Shown one piece after another: positions 26,663-39,692 of a stretch of 64,000 bases of DNA. The notes beneath the pieces are model-generated. The model searched no databases and was not told where the DNA came from. It worked only from the letters and a program-made list of their open reading frames with translations. The DNA lies in contig NC_083225.1 in the NCBI RefSeq assembly GCF_032191835.1, positions 53,754,001 through 53,818,000 of the forward strand. Direction: 5' to 3'. Origin of the DNA: Heteronotia binoei (taxonomy: Eukaryota). Position numbers and translations under genes: made by a program. Numbering within the stretch: the stretch's first letter is position 1; each line of letters starts with the position of its first letter.

Positions 26663-27477
26663 ATTTTATATGCATATAAAGTGTAATGCCAGTAGTGGAG
26701 ATATAAACTTTTTAAGAGATACAGAGAAACACAATTAAAGATATTATTTTTTACTTAAAATGCAAACACGCTTAAAAGTCTTGCAATGTTTTGTTTAAAA
26801 TGAAACGGTGAGGGAATAGTGGGATTTGGCAATGCAATTTTAAAAATAAAGCATCAAAAAAAATCCACAAGGATCACAGCAGAAACTAAAAATATAAACC
26901 AGAAATATAAAATGCTCTGGGTTTAGGAAAACATGAAATGGCTGAGCATTGCAAGCTTCTGCCCCTGCCCCCATGTCTGCTCAGATTGGCAATGGCTCTT
27001 CAATTTGGCTGTAGGTTCCTAGGCTAGAATACTCACTAGGCACCAGTTCTAAGGTCCATTCAGCAGACGTGCTTGTTAAAGCATCCACCCTTTATTTGCA
27101 AGGTCACACAACTCTAGCAAGGAACAGCTTCTAACTGGCCATATAAACGCTGAAAAGTGAAACTGAGCTCCACTCCATTAAAGTACAGACAACGCTGCAA
27201 GGAAAACAAGGAACGGACGTTCCACTAACGTCTCTGTGCCCAGATAGTCTGTCTGGGCACAGAGGCCTTAATGGAAAGTCCATTATGTTTTTTTCTTTGC
27301 AAGCCCAAAATTACTTCCTGCTTCAGCCTGCAAAGACAAGGAAGAAGGAGCTGGGAACTTTGGCTAGTTCAGTACTTCAAAGGGGGGATGGGAGGGGGGA
27401 GAAAAGAGCCCCACAAGCCTGATTAAAACTCTGGGCAGGCTGGTTCTGGCCCACGGGATGGACATTTGACATCCCTG
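26449..27477. mobile_element. Left-truncated relative of the CAGGGGTGTCAAAC hAT family splitting the CR1
   Basis: Begins AGATCTTACATAAATGGGATTTTGTGGGGCC (like 17007-17037); ends in TIR ATTTGACATCCCTG; left TIR and about 35 codons of CR1 missing. Confidence 0.6.
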
Positions 27478-28180
27478 CAGTAGATATTGTTTACCTAAAC
27501 TTCCAGAAAGCTTTTGATAAAGTTCCCCATCAAAGTAAACTCAGCAGTCATGGGATAAGAGAACAAGTTCTCTTGTGGATTAAAAACTGGTTGATTTACA
27601 GGAAACAGAGAGTGAGTATAAATGGGCAGTTTTTACAGTGGAAGGTGGTAAGCAGTGGGTATCATAGGGCTTGGTACATGGTACTAAGTTTGCGAATGAC
27701 ACTAAGTTTTTCAGAGCAGTGATAACCAGAGATGACTGTGAAGCACTCCAGAGGGATCTGTCAAGGCTGGCCAAGTGGGTGTCAGTGTGGCAAATAAGAT
27801 TCAACCTGGGCAAGTGCAAAGTAATGCATATTGGAGCCAAAAATCCTAGCTATAAATATATACTGATATTTTTAGATGATGCAGTCCAAACTGGCAGTAA
27901 CTGACCAGGGGAAAAATCTTGGAGTCATGGTAGATAACTCACTGAAGATGTCGACTTAGTGTGCAACTGCAATAAAAAAAGACAAATGTTATGCTGGGAT
28001 TTAATAGAAAGGGGATTAAAAACAAATCAACCAGTATTGTAATGTCCTGTATAAATCTATGATGTGACCTCATTTGAAATACTGTATATAGTTCTGGTCA
28101 CTGCACCTCAAAAAAGATATTATACCATTGGAAAAGGTACAGGAAAAGGCAACTAAAATGATTAAGGGGGTGAAACACCT
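27478..28180 (+). mobile_element. CR1 LINE RT fragment (left of the L1 insertion)
   Basis: VDIVYLNFQKAFDKVPH..., KFANDTKFF, FNLGKCKVMHIG; frameshifted. Confidence 0.88.
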
Positions 28181-31100
28181 AGATTAACCCTGCAAAAATC
28201 TATCCAAGAGTTGGAAGCTTTACATAAACGTACTTGTGCCAAGAAGGCCTACAAAAAATTATTACTTGAACGCAAAAAATTGGAGCTATTAGAATCCAGC
28301 ACTATTAAGAAAAACCTCCTGTTCACCAAACAAAAATATTGGTTCAGCCACCCCAGATCCTTAAAGATCCTCTCATGGAAACTCAGAACAGAACTAGCAG
28401 ATCGACAAATCCACCTAATTAGAGATGCAACAGGGAAAACCCACTCTTCCCCTCCCAAAATCAGACAAATTTTCCAGGAATTTTTTCAAAAACTATATAC
28501 CTCTAAAAACCCAGACCCAGGTCTTATAAAAAACTTTCTCAATAAACCCGAAATCCTCCAAAAATTGGACTCAGATCATCAAAGCTGCATGGACTCTCCA
28601 ATTACACCATTGGAAGTCCAATCAGCAATTAAAAACGCCAAAATCAACAAGACTCCAGGGAGGGATGGCTTCCAGTCTGAGTTCTATAAGAAATTCTCTC
28701 AAAATATTCTCAAACCTTACACAGAAATCTGCAACCATGTCCTGGACTCCGGAACAATCCCCGAAAGCTGGAAACTAGCAAAAATAATTTTAATACCTAA
28801 AAAGGAAAGGGATCTACTAGACCCAAAAGCGTTCCGCCCAATTTCTCTCCTCAACACCGACTATAAATTTCTAACTTCTATTCTAACCGCCCGTCTAAAC
28901 TCCTTCATTGGCCAATACATTCATGAGGACCAGACAGGCTTTATCCCAAAACGTCAAATCACAGATAACATTCGCCAAACCATTAACATCATCCAATATG
29001 GCAAATTCCAACCCTACGAGTCGTGTATTCTGGCTTTGGATATTGAGAAAGCCTTTGATAGTGTGGAACCCACATACTTACTCTTAGTTTTGAAAACAAT
29101 GGGGTTCGGTCCTAAATTTCTATCAACTATAGAGTCTCTTTACTCTTCCCCGAAAGCCCTGCTGAATATCAATGGGGTTTCAACCCCAGACTTTTCCCTC
29201 TCTAGGGGGACCCGCCAAGGGTGCCCTCTTTCCCCACTGTTGTTCGCTATAGCAATTGAACCACTAGCAAACTACATAAGGCAATCCTCCTCCATCCACA
29301 GCATCAGCATTAACAACGCTAACTATAAAATTAGCTTATTTGCAGACGACATGGCCCTTTACCTAAAAAACCCTTTGGAATCTTTGGCGATACTGTCTCC
29401 CTTCCTCCTGGAGTTTGGAAGGTACTCAGGGTTATCTACTAACTTATCTAAATCCCTTATTTTCCCAATAAATATCTCCTCAGATACCCAATCATCAATT
29501 AAAGCCTTGTACCCTTACCAATGGGTTAACTCATCCTGGTCATATTTAGGAGTAAAGATCCCGGTCGACCTTAAAGACCTTCTCAAATTAAACTACTCAG
29601 CAGTATACCAACAAACAACAACAGCTCTACAATCATGGAACCCCTTAGCTCTGTCGTGGATAGAACGGATTAACACAATTAAGTCATTTATTTTTCCAAA
29701 ATACCTCTACTTATTTCGAGCCCTCCCCATTAACATTCCAGCAACACTATTTAAGAAATGGCAGGCCCTACTGACAAACTTTATATGGGGTGATAAACCT
29801 CCCAGAACCCGCTTTACCACAATCAGAAGGCCCAAAAATAAAGGAGGAATAGCTTTCCCTGATCTGTACCTTTACTATAAAGCCTCTGTAGTATCTTCCA
29901 TGGTCAACATACTATACATAAGACCGGGCCCAGCATGGGTCTACATAGAAGAGACCCACATATCCCCCTACAAATACCATGAATTTCTATGGCTAAAGAA
30001 AAAAGACCGCCCTTCTTGGACTATACTCAATACTTTAAGTCAGGCTTTAATCACAATTTGGGACCAGGTCCGGAAGGACCTGGCCCCGGATCTATCTATT
30101 CTCTCCTCATTTCTAAAACAGCCCTGGTTCCCCCCAGCTCTCCAGTTTCCCTCATTCTGCTCTTGGGAAACTGCTTCAACGGTCTTTCTATTCCAACTCT
30201 TCAGCAAAAACAGAATTAAAACGAAGGCTCAGTTAGAGGAATCCACAACCGTTAAGATCCCCTGGTTTGAATACTTACAAATCTGCCACTTCCTTAACAG
30301 CTCTTTCTCAAAATTGGCTACCACTAGGCCCAAAACGGACTTTGAATATCTGATTTCTCAACCCTCTTTAAACACCAAGGGCCTCATCTCTAAAATCTAT
30401 CGCATTCTACTACAGCAGGCCTGTAGCAGTCTACCATCCTACTGCGAAAAATGGCACAAAGAATGCAAACTCACACTTACCAACACACAATGGGAAGCCA
30501 TATGGGAATCAGAAGTCTGCAAGACCAAATCAATAGCAATTTTTCAACAGAACTACAAAATTATGTCAAGATGGTTCCGCACTCCCTTGCACTTCGCCAG
30601 TATCGACAATAACTATTCCCCACTTTGTTGGCGTAATTGTGGCATGCAAGCCTCATCACTACACTGTTGGTGGGACTGTCCGATTGTCAACTCTTTTTGG
30701 CAAAAGGTTATTACCCAGGTAGAAAACATTTCCGGAACTACAATCCCAAGACAAGTTGAGACCATCATTCTAAATGATTGGCACTCTGTAAAGGCTACAA
30801 GTTCTAAACTATCCCTTATTATCTCGCTTATAACTGCAGCCAAAAACATAATAGCCCTGAACTGGAAATCTAAGCTCAATCTGTCCATAGATAATTGGAT
30901 CCTCAAAATTTGGGACTTCATCACGATGGAAAAAATCACAGCCGGCATAGACACCATAGATCCGATAAAGGCAGCTAACGATTTCTATGCAAAGTGGTAT
31001 CCAATTCTGGATAGGATAGAGGTTGACACCACTCTTTCTTCTTCACTTAACCAACGGGTTACCCACAAGAGTATTCTTTTCTCGTGATCACTCTATAGCT

Positions 31101-31220
31101 GTATAACTTTATTTTATATAACGGTATGTATGTGGAATGAAAATCAAGGCATTACTGTAACAATGTTATTCTCTGTTTACAAACATTATATTCAAAATAA
31201 AAATTGTTTGAAAAAAAAAA
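28181..31220 (+). mobile_element. 5'-truncated L1-clade LINE with stop-free ORF2 (RT + C-terminal CCHC), nested in a CR1 in RNF149 intron 1
   Basis: Frame open from 28181 to TGA 31085-31087; RT motifs KTPGRDGF, FRPISLLNTDYK, LALDIEKAFD, GTRQGCPLSPLLF, SLFADD; CWRNC-x7-H-x4-C; AATAAA 31196-31201; A10 tail; TSD (AA)GGGGGTGAAACACCT at 28164-28180 and ending 31238. Confidence 0.95.
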
Positions 31221-31238
31221 GGGGGGGGTGAAACACCT

Positions 31239-31720
31239 TCACGATGAAGAAGAGTTAAAGAGGTTAGGGCTCTTTAGCTTGGAGGAACAATGATTGAGTG
31301 ACATGATAGAAGTTTAAAAAATTGTGCATGGAAAAGGAATGCAGAGAAAGGTGCTTTTCTCCTTTCTCACAATACAAGAACTCATGGGCACTCAATGGAA
31401 TTAGTGAGCTTAGAACAGATAAAAGGAAGTACTTCTTCACCCAAATGATGATTAACACGTGGAATTCACTGCCACAGGAGGTGGCAGTGGCTACAAGCAT
31501 TGATAGCTTCAAGATGGGATTGGATAATCATATGGAGCAGAGGTCCATCAGTGGCTATTAGCCACAATGTATAGATGGTACACCATGGCTGGGTAGTGAT
31601 GCTCTGTATTCTTGGTGCTTGGGAGGCAGCATTGAGAGGGCTTCTGGAGTTCTGGCTCTGCTGGTGGACCTTCTGATGGCACTTGGTTTTGTGGCCGCTG
31701 TGTGACACAAAGTGTTGGAC
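31239..31720 (+). mobile_element. CR1 LINE 3' fragment (right of the L1 insertion)
   Basis: Continues the CR1 after the TSD: LKRLGLFSLE..., RTDKRKYFFTQ...WNSLPQEV. Confidence 0.88.
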
Positions 31721-32355
31721 TCAGAGAGCTGGTGCATGGGAGTCAGCGACGGCAAGGGGTGCCAGCTCCCACAGGGGTGCGTGCCGGGGGGGGGTAGGCT
31801 CTGAATTTACTTGATCAATTCTGGACCACATGGCATACAAAAAAACACTGAATGCTATAGGTATGCTCTTGATTAAGACATAAGGCTATAGAACAAGAGG
31901 CCTCAAGAATATCTCTAAGCCTTTGTCACTTCACTGTAAGTAATTAATTCTAAATATTATCCTTAAATAGCACGAAAAAATATTTTTACAAATTTATAAT
32001 TTTTCTCTTTTATATTACAGAAATTTCCTTGTGGTCCAGCATTGTTCTATTGTTTTATTCTGTTCGGTATTATGAGCCAATATGTGTACTTACCTTTCTG
32101 ACCTCTGAAGAAGACCAATTTAGGTTGAAACGCGTTAGGTCAAGTTGAGTGGGTTCCCATTGAGGTTTTATGATTTTGCATAGGATAAAGGCTTATGATG
32201 GGCCCTTAAATAGTTGTAGCTTTCAACAATAAATACATGTATGTTGATTGATTTTTTTACACCTTATTTTATCTAGCACAAAATATTATGTTTTCCTGTT
32301 CCTCAAATGGGAAAAATACTTATCGTATATATGCTAACGTGGCATAGGTTGCAGC

Positions 32356-32559
32356 GAATGGTCCCTCTAAGCTGAAGCATCTTGTGAGCAGAAATTATAC
32401 TTTGTGAGCTACTGGCATTAAAGTTGTAAGCAAGTGATTTGGCTGCTGGATAAATAAGTTTGCTGTGGGGCCATTTTTCCTGAGCTAAGACAAAAATGTG
32501 TGAGCTGGAGACTAAAAAACTGAGCTAGCTCACACTGACTCAGCTTAGAGGGAGCTCTG
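32356..32559. mobile_element. hAT MITE, CAGTGTTCCCTCTAA family
   Basis: Same internal sequence as 8661-8864; TSD GTTGCAGC/GTTGCAGA. Confidence 0.8.
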
Positions 32560-33525
32560 GTTGCAGAAGTTTTCAGCTCCTTTTCTCTCTAGAATAAGGC
32601 ATATTTGTAATTTTACTTGTAAACAAGACCTTTTGTAAATATGCTAAGTAGTTCAGTTGCATATGCTAAGCTGTCAATAATGCATTTTTTCTTGTTAATG
32701 CAATAAAATAAGTTTAGGGTTCATAAGTAGTTATTGCATATGTTTTCTGCAAAAATGCTCCCTGATGGCTTCGTATTTTCCAGAACTTCTACACCTCTTG
32801 TTTCAAGTTCCAATACTCTTAAATTATAATATTTTTCTCACTCTGATTTTTGTTTCGCTTGCATGAGCCAAAGTGATAGTTCTAGGTATAAGCTTGAATC
32901 CTTAGTAGGTGTTTCAAAGGGTACAAGGATTTCCACCCATGGAATGTGATTTCATCCCCTCCAGCAGTGCTCTCTCTCTCTCCCAGGAACAGAATTTCAG
33001 GGGCATTTCAGGTTGACACTAGAGACAGGAAAATTGGATTCCATTGAAGGAATCCCTGCACCCATGGAGGCACAGTCTAGATCCATCCCATGCTGTCCTT
33101 GTTTTTCTCTCTCTAAGATCTTTTAGGCCCAGCATGTGACTAGGAAAGAATTCAGGAGGAGACAATTGTGATGCTGGCTTTGAGTGATCTGCAGAGACAT
33201 CAGGTTGTGGGGAAAAGCAGCAAGCTAGTTGGAGTCTGGTGAGATGGCAGGAAGGAAAAAGCCATGATTACTTTGGGAACTCAGTCAGAGGCCACGGCTT
33301 TTGGTCAGATGACCACTTTTGCATTTGTTTCCAAGGCTGAGGGATTTTGGTTACCCTACTGGTTTGTGGTTATGGATGTTGAATGAGAATTTATTGCTAC
33401 CTAATTTAGCAATTAATTATGACAAAGTAGTTCCATCTGATTATCTAATGGGCCTAGATTTCATTCAATTGATAAAAAGTGATAAGAAAGTACACTTGAT
33501 TCCTATTTTTCTTTCCCCTCAACAG

Positions 33526-33776
33526 GTACTGGCAATACAGTGGTAATTATGGTTGGGTATCCAAAAGGAATGGAGATCTTGGAGCCAGTGCGAAGAGGGA
33601 TTCCTGTGAAAATGACTATTGATGTTGGAAATCGGCACATACAAGAATATATCAGCGGACAATCAGTTGTTTTTGTAGCTATTGCGTTCATCACCATGAT
33701 GATTATCTCTTTAGCATGGCTTATATTTTTTTATATACAGCGTTTCCTCTATACTGGAACACATTTTGGAAACCAG
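33526..33776 (+). CDS. RNF149: RNF149 exon 2 (end of PA domain + transmembrane helix)
   Basis: aacag|GT ACT...; GTGNTVVIMVGYPKGMEIL...GQSVVFVAIAFITMMIISLAWLIFFYIQRFLYTGTHFGNQ; donor CAG|gtaatt; 251 bp. Confidence 0.95.
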
Positions 33777-35209
33777 GTAATTATTAGTGGTGATGGTGAC
33801 TTATTCTTTGCTGCCTCTTTTAAAAAGCTTTTGCCTAATGATAGGCAAGTGTTGAAAACTTACTTGAAAGGATGTGTGGTAACTTCTTAACTTCCTACTT
33901 CATCTATGAATGCTGCTTAACTTGAACAAGTTTCTTCATACCAGTTTCTATATTGCCTGTTAATGTTTGTTGCGGCAACTTATTTTTTAGAGTTGGACAT
34001 ACTTGCACTGTATCTGGCACTCAACAAACTGATTTTTAAAATTGTTATTGTAACTGGACAACAGATCTTTCGTTCTTCCACTTTTTCATAACTGGTGATC
34101 AATGAAACTGCCATAAACATCTGGCAGGGAACTTGCTTCTCTGAGTTTTTTGAGATAAACTGAGGAATAACTAACAGTTGAGTGGTCAGATCAAATGAAT
34201 TAAACAATTAGTGGGACTTAATTGCTTTAAATAAGAAAGCAGGGCTTTTTGTAGCAAAAACTCCTTTGCATATTAGGCTACACCTGCCTGATGTAGCCAG
34301 TCTTCCAAGAGCTTACAGTAGGCCCTGTAAGAAGAGTCTTGTAAGCTGTTGAAATTGGCTACATCGAGGGGGGCTAGCCTAATATACAAAGGAGTTTTTG
34401 CTACAAAAAAAAGCCCTGAATAGCTGAGAAAGGTATATATTGTGTCCAGAATTAAATCCTTGTCCTTAAGACAACCTTCTATTTTGAGGAGTCAAGTACT
34501 GAAGTTTCTGCTAAGGTTTTGTAGTTCCTTTGAGGGCAATATTGTATCTCACTTGAAACTCCCTGTTTGCATTAAAATTTTTGTAGCAAAAACTCCTTTG
34601 TATATTAGGCTAGCGCCCCCCCCTCGATGTAGCCAATCTGTGTGAATAACAACTAGAAAAGTATCAGATTGTTCTTTATATATACCAGCACAACAGAACT
34701 GATCATGATCAAATTATTTTCTTAAACTTGAGGGCTGCTTAATGGGCTGCAAATAAACTGGGGGGCATATTTCCTAACTGCCTTGCTGAAGTATGTTATA
34801 GAAACTAAGGTGGCTTACCATTGCTAACTTTGTTTCAGGAAGAAAATTAATGAGCGTTGAACTATTCTTTACAAGTAGAAATGATCTGAATAATTCTTCC
34901 AGATAGCTACTTAAAGTGACGTTTCTTCTTGTAGCTGCTGTACTTACAATAGTATAGAGAGGAGTATCAATCAGACATTTTGATAGGCACCTACAGTTTG
35001 ACAACGTCATATATGGATAGTCCCTTTCAGATGTTATATTCGTACAGAATTGTGGTTCTCGTTAGAAAGTGAACTTAAAATATTTACCCGGTGGTGGCGA
35101 TAGATAAAAAACTCATAAAACTTCTGATAAAACCTTTGGCTGCAGAATACATAATCCTTTATAAGATGATGCCACTGGAATTTGGTTATTAACTTGAATT
35201 ATTTTTAAG

Positions 35210-35278
35210 GGGCACAGAAAAGAGATCAAGAAAGTAATTGGCCAGCTGCAGCTCCATATTGTGAAGCATGAGGATAAG
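35210..35278 (+). CDS. RNF149: RNF149 exon 3
   Basis: ttttaag|GGG CAC...; GHRKEIKKVIGQLQLHIVKHEDK; donor AAG|gtaatt; 69 bp. Confidence 0.92.
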
Positions 35279-36415
35279 GTAATTTTGATCACACTAATGT
35301 ATAATGAAAGCTTTCTTTGATTATAGTTTCATTAAAATTATATTGATGGGACTCCTGTATGTAGAACTAGTTGGATGATTGGTTTTAACTAGAACTTTAT
35401 AAAATTAACAGCACTGTTCAAAGATACTTTGGGCTTTTGTTTTGTGATAAGTGATAATACGGTATTTACTCACAGGTATGCCGTCAAAAAAAGAGGGGGT
35501 TATCTTATGGTGTATGTATAGCAATTTTAAGGGGTAATTTAGTGTGATCTTCCATTTATTAATATCATCTTCCTTTCAAATAAATATGTTACAATTGAGC
35601 TCTCTATCTGGATACTTTCTGTTTTCTCATGTTCAGAACCAGCCAAATGTTGATTTGCTAATTGTTCAGAGCTCAGGACAGGGTTTAGAAATGGAATGAG
35701 AGCCTTTACTCTTATTACTTTTCTAGAGTGTTAAAGAACTATTAAAAAAAGTTCATCATCAAAGCATATTCATTATGTTGTAGACCTTGGCTAAGAAAGA
35801 GATTTTATAAAATTATTTGCTTTTGGCTATATATGCCATTAAATACATATGCTACTAGGTGACCGATTTTTTTCCAGTGATACACTCTTGCACAGTGGAA
35901 GCTGGCATTTGGCCTGATACCCCTTCCTGGTTGCAGCCCCTTTGTTGCTTGGCATATAAATATAATTGAAGTTATCAGTCTTAACAGCTGACAGTTTCAG
36001 CTTCTCATTGTTTTCATAGGCCTCAACAGTTATTAGAATATTTGTTGAAGTCTCTTTCATTGTGTAGGAAAAAAGTACATCTTAGCCACTAGCTTTAATT
36101 AAAAACCATGGATTTTAATTATAATTTGCTTTGAGAACAAACTCAGTTGAACAGCCAGTTATAAAAACATTAAATAATATAAAATTAGCACTAAAGCTAG
36201 CTAAGCTTGCAGTTTTCCAAGTCAAGCTAGTTTTCTTTTTCCTTTTGAAGACTGACACAAATTTATTCTATCTACAGTATTCTAAGACTTCCGATAATTC
36301 AGTAGTTCTTTTATGAACAAACAAAACTTTAATTGAAATAGTTAAGCTATCTAAAAGTTGCAAAATGCTTAAACCACTCTCTTTCTCCATCTGTTTTGTT
36401 TTTTTTTTCTTCCAG

Positions 36416-36498
36416 GGGCTGGATGTTGATGCTGAAAATTGTGCTGTGTGCATAGAAAACTATAAACCAAAAGACACAGTTCGAATTTTGCCTTGCAA
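36416..36498 (+). CDS. RNF149: RNF149 exon 4 (RING-H2 first half)
   Basis: ttccag|GGG CTG...; [27 protein letters not shown](K); donor AA|gtaagc; 83 bp. Confidence 0.95.
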
Positions 36499-36929
36499 GT
36501 AAGCTTGTTAATTTCAATAAGCTTGCTGAAGAGGTGCTGTTTTTTAGAAATATTTTGATTAACCTATACAAATAAATAGAGATTGTCATGAACCTAATTT
36601 TGTGACAAACATTGCTTGCTTTGTGGTTCATGCTGGAGGGTTGTGTGATCACATTCACAACAAACTGCCAATGAACCTTCATTTTTTTGTGTGCCAGCAG
36701 TTCATGTGCAAGTGAAGTCCATCAATGAGTTCACACACTTTCAGGTGAACTCTCTGCTTGGACTTCAGTTGTGCACAGCGCAGCTTACACGAGTCATTTA
36801 AAGGGAATGTGCTGGACTTTGGCAAGCTGCATGCCAATGAAGTCCAAGCAGAGAGTTCACTTGCTTCAGAGTGAACTCGCTGCTTGGACTTCACTCATGC
36901 ACTGCGTGTCTTGCAAAAGCCATTTAAAG

Positions 36930-37392
36930 CAGGGGTCCCCAACCACCAGGCTGTGGACTGGTACCGGTCCATGGTCTGCTAGCAACTGGGCCATGGTGCG
37001 GGGCAGAGGCGCCACACCACCCCCACCTGCCCAGGACCCTGGCAGACAAAAGAGGCAGCATGGCCTTGCTCCAAGGCAGGGAGGCAGCCTCAGAGCGAGG
37101 CAGAGCAGCCCCACAGCCCCTTCTGCCTGCCCAGGACTCGATCAGCTGACTGGTGGGGGTCTTTAAATAAGAGGGGGAGACAGATTGGCCTTCTGCCTCC
37201 TGGCCCCACCTAGCAGGAGAAATAGCCCCAGTCTTCCCCCCATTTAAAGACCCTCATGGGGGGGCAGGGATGGAGTGTGAGCAGGGGGCAGCCTTGGGTA
37301 GCAAAAACCCCAGTCCGCCCTCCCCGCCAGTCCATGGAAAAATTGTATTCCATTAAACTGGTCCCTGGTGCCAAAAACGTTGGGAGCCACTG
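36930..37392. mobile_element. Non-autonomous hAT element
   Basis: TIR CAGGGGTCCCCAAC / GTTGGGAGCCACTG; perfect TSD ATTTAAAG. Confidence 0.9.
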
Positions 37393-37951
37393 ATTTAAAG
37401 GGAATGTCCCCTTTAAATGACTTTTGCAAGGTCTCTCTCCCCTCCCCCTCCTTTCTGCTGTTCTTGGGGAACCGCCTCAGCAGATGGGGAAATTTCAGAT
37501 CTCCCCCCCTACTGCATCACAAAATGAACAGGTTCAGTAAGTGGGAGGCTTGTGATGGTTATTGTGACCCTCACAAACCACAACAAACCTCCATTTTCCC
37601 AATTCATGCACATCTGTATAAATAAAAGCTTTCTGTGGTATGCTGAATGGTGAAGATACATATAGCTGCTAATGCTGGGCATAGTAAAAAAAAATTAAAA
37701 AATCTGACATGAGTTTCTGTGTTTTGTGTTCTTGTTGGGAAACTGCTTTATGCATGAGAATACTCTGAATTAAAAGGCAGAAATGATGGGACAATATGGG
37801 TCTTTTATAGCTTTTCTGTTATTAAAAGCACAGTTTGGTTGTCTGTAGGTATTTTATAGCAGTTATTATGTTTACTAAATCTTCCATTTTTAAAAGTTCC
37901 ATCAGGAGTGTTCTTATATTAGTTTTAAAGATGCTGCCCTCTGTTTTTCAG

Positions 37952-38048
37952 ACATGTATTTCATAAAACATGCATTGATCCTTGGCTGTTGGACCACAGA
38001 ACATGTCCAATGTGCAAACTAGATGTTATCAAAGCTCTAGGATGTTGG
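37952..38048 (+). CDS. RNF149: RNF149 exon 5 (RING-H2 second half)
   Basis: tttcag|A CAT...; [32 protein letters not shown]; donor TGG|gtatgt; 97 bp. Confidence 0.95.
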
Positions 38049-39161
38049 GTATGTATATAGAATCTTTGAGGTGGCACTGACTACAAGATTGTCTTATATA
38101 TGGCTCAGCAGTGTGTGTTTCTCCCTTTTCTTCATGTCACGACTTCTGTTAGAGCAGATAGGTTGTATGCAGTAGGTTCCATATTTAGTCCGCAACATCT
38201 CAAAAGTACAAGGATTTTGGTATGATTAGCTCTGCCTGAGATTTTAGACAGCCACTGCCAGTGACAGTAGATAGCATTGGGCTGAATGGTCCAGTTGTCA
38301 TACAAGGGATAAGGCAGCTTCTTGTATTCATGTATGTGCTTTTCCTCTGCCTTCCCATTCACAAAACCTGACTATTGCTGCTTTACTTCTTTATTTTAAC
38401 CCTTCCTGCTCTGTTTACTGCAATCTCTATCACTAGTCACTTCCTCAAGCTGAGGAAAGGAAATAAAGTATGCATGGAATTAGCATGATTGTTCCATCAG
38501 AAGAGCCCCGTGGCATCGAGGGTTAAGGCTGCAGCACTGCAGTCTTAAATTCTGCTCACAACCTGAGTTCAATCCCCGGTGAAAGCTGGGTTTTCAGGTA
38601 GCCGGCTCAAGGTTGACTCATCCTTCCGAGGTCGGTAAAATGAGTACCCAGCTTGCTGTGGGGAAAGCGTAGATGACTGGGGAAGGCAATGGCAAACCAT
38701 CCCATAAAAATTCTGCCGTGAAAACGTGAAAGCAACGTCACCCCAGAGTCAGAAACGACTGGTGCTTGCACAGGGGACCTTTCCTTCCTTTCCTCAATCC
38801 ATACAATTGCCAAATCAGTATTTATATTGTTACTTCTATGTAGCCTCTATGTTAAGGATGTATCCGATTTAGATATTTTATACTGGGCATACATGGGTTT
38901 GATACTGAGGATACACTTGATAGTCTTAAAGAAAACTCACTTCCTGATAACATCTGACTTGAACACTAGAAGCAGTCAATCACACTTTATAGATTATGTG
39001 TAATATATTGCGTACACATGGAAACCATAACACATGAAGCTGTCCTTAGAACAGTAAGCACACATTCAGTAAAATCACATGGTTTACCATGTCATAATAG
39101 ATGACTAAAAGAAGTAGGAGAGCCCCATGGGCAGCATGGATTTGTGAGACATACTGTGCAG

Positions 39162-39351
39162 CGGCGTTCCCTCTGAGTTAGAGTGAGCTAGTTCACAGAT
39201 TTTTAGCCTACAGCTCACACATTTTTTGTCTTTGCGCAGGAAAAATGGCCCCAAAGCACAGTAATTTATGCAGTAGCTCACAACTTTAATGCCAGTAGCT
39301 CACAAAGTAGAGTTTTTGCTCACAAGACTCTGCACCTTAGAGGGAACACTG
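39162..39351. mobile_element. hAT MITE, CAGTGTTCCCTCTAA family
   Basis: TIRs; perfect TSD CTGTGCAG. Confidence 0.88.
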
Positions 39352-39692
39352 CTGTGCAGCCCTGCCTCCATGAAAGTTTGGGCCCTCAATGCTGGGAGGC
39401 AGGTTTCTGTTTCGTGGAGAGATCAGGTTTTCCTCCTCCTGAAAAGTTTTACTCATTGCAACCCAACAAAATTTCCTTTTAGGAATTTAGTGGGAGCCAT
39501 TCAAAACCAAGCCTTCTATTCTGTGTATAATCAGCACCACTCTTACATTTTTGAAGACAGTATTAACAGAAGTTAGAGACACTGGCTTAGAGAATTGATA
39601 GGATTGCATTTTAGTTCTATTTAAATAAACATTTCTCCCCCACTCTTGTACTCTTTTTGCTGATCAGTATAATTTTTTATTTAAATTTAAAG

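Noticed and set aside
28211-31087. 958-aa ORF as a domesticated host gene or autonomous retrotransposon
   Set aside because: TSD, A-tail and 5' truncation show an ordinary insertion; it lacks the endonuclease, ORF1 and promoter.
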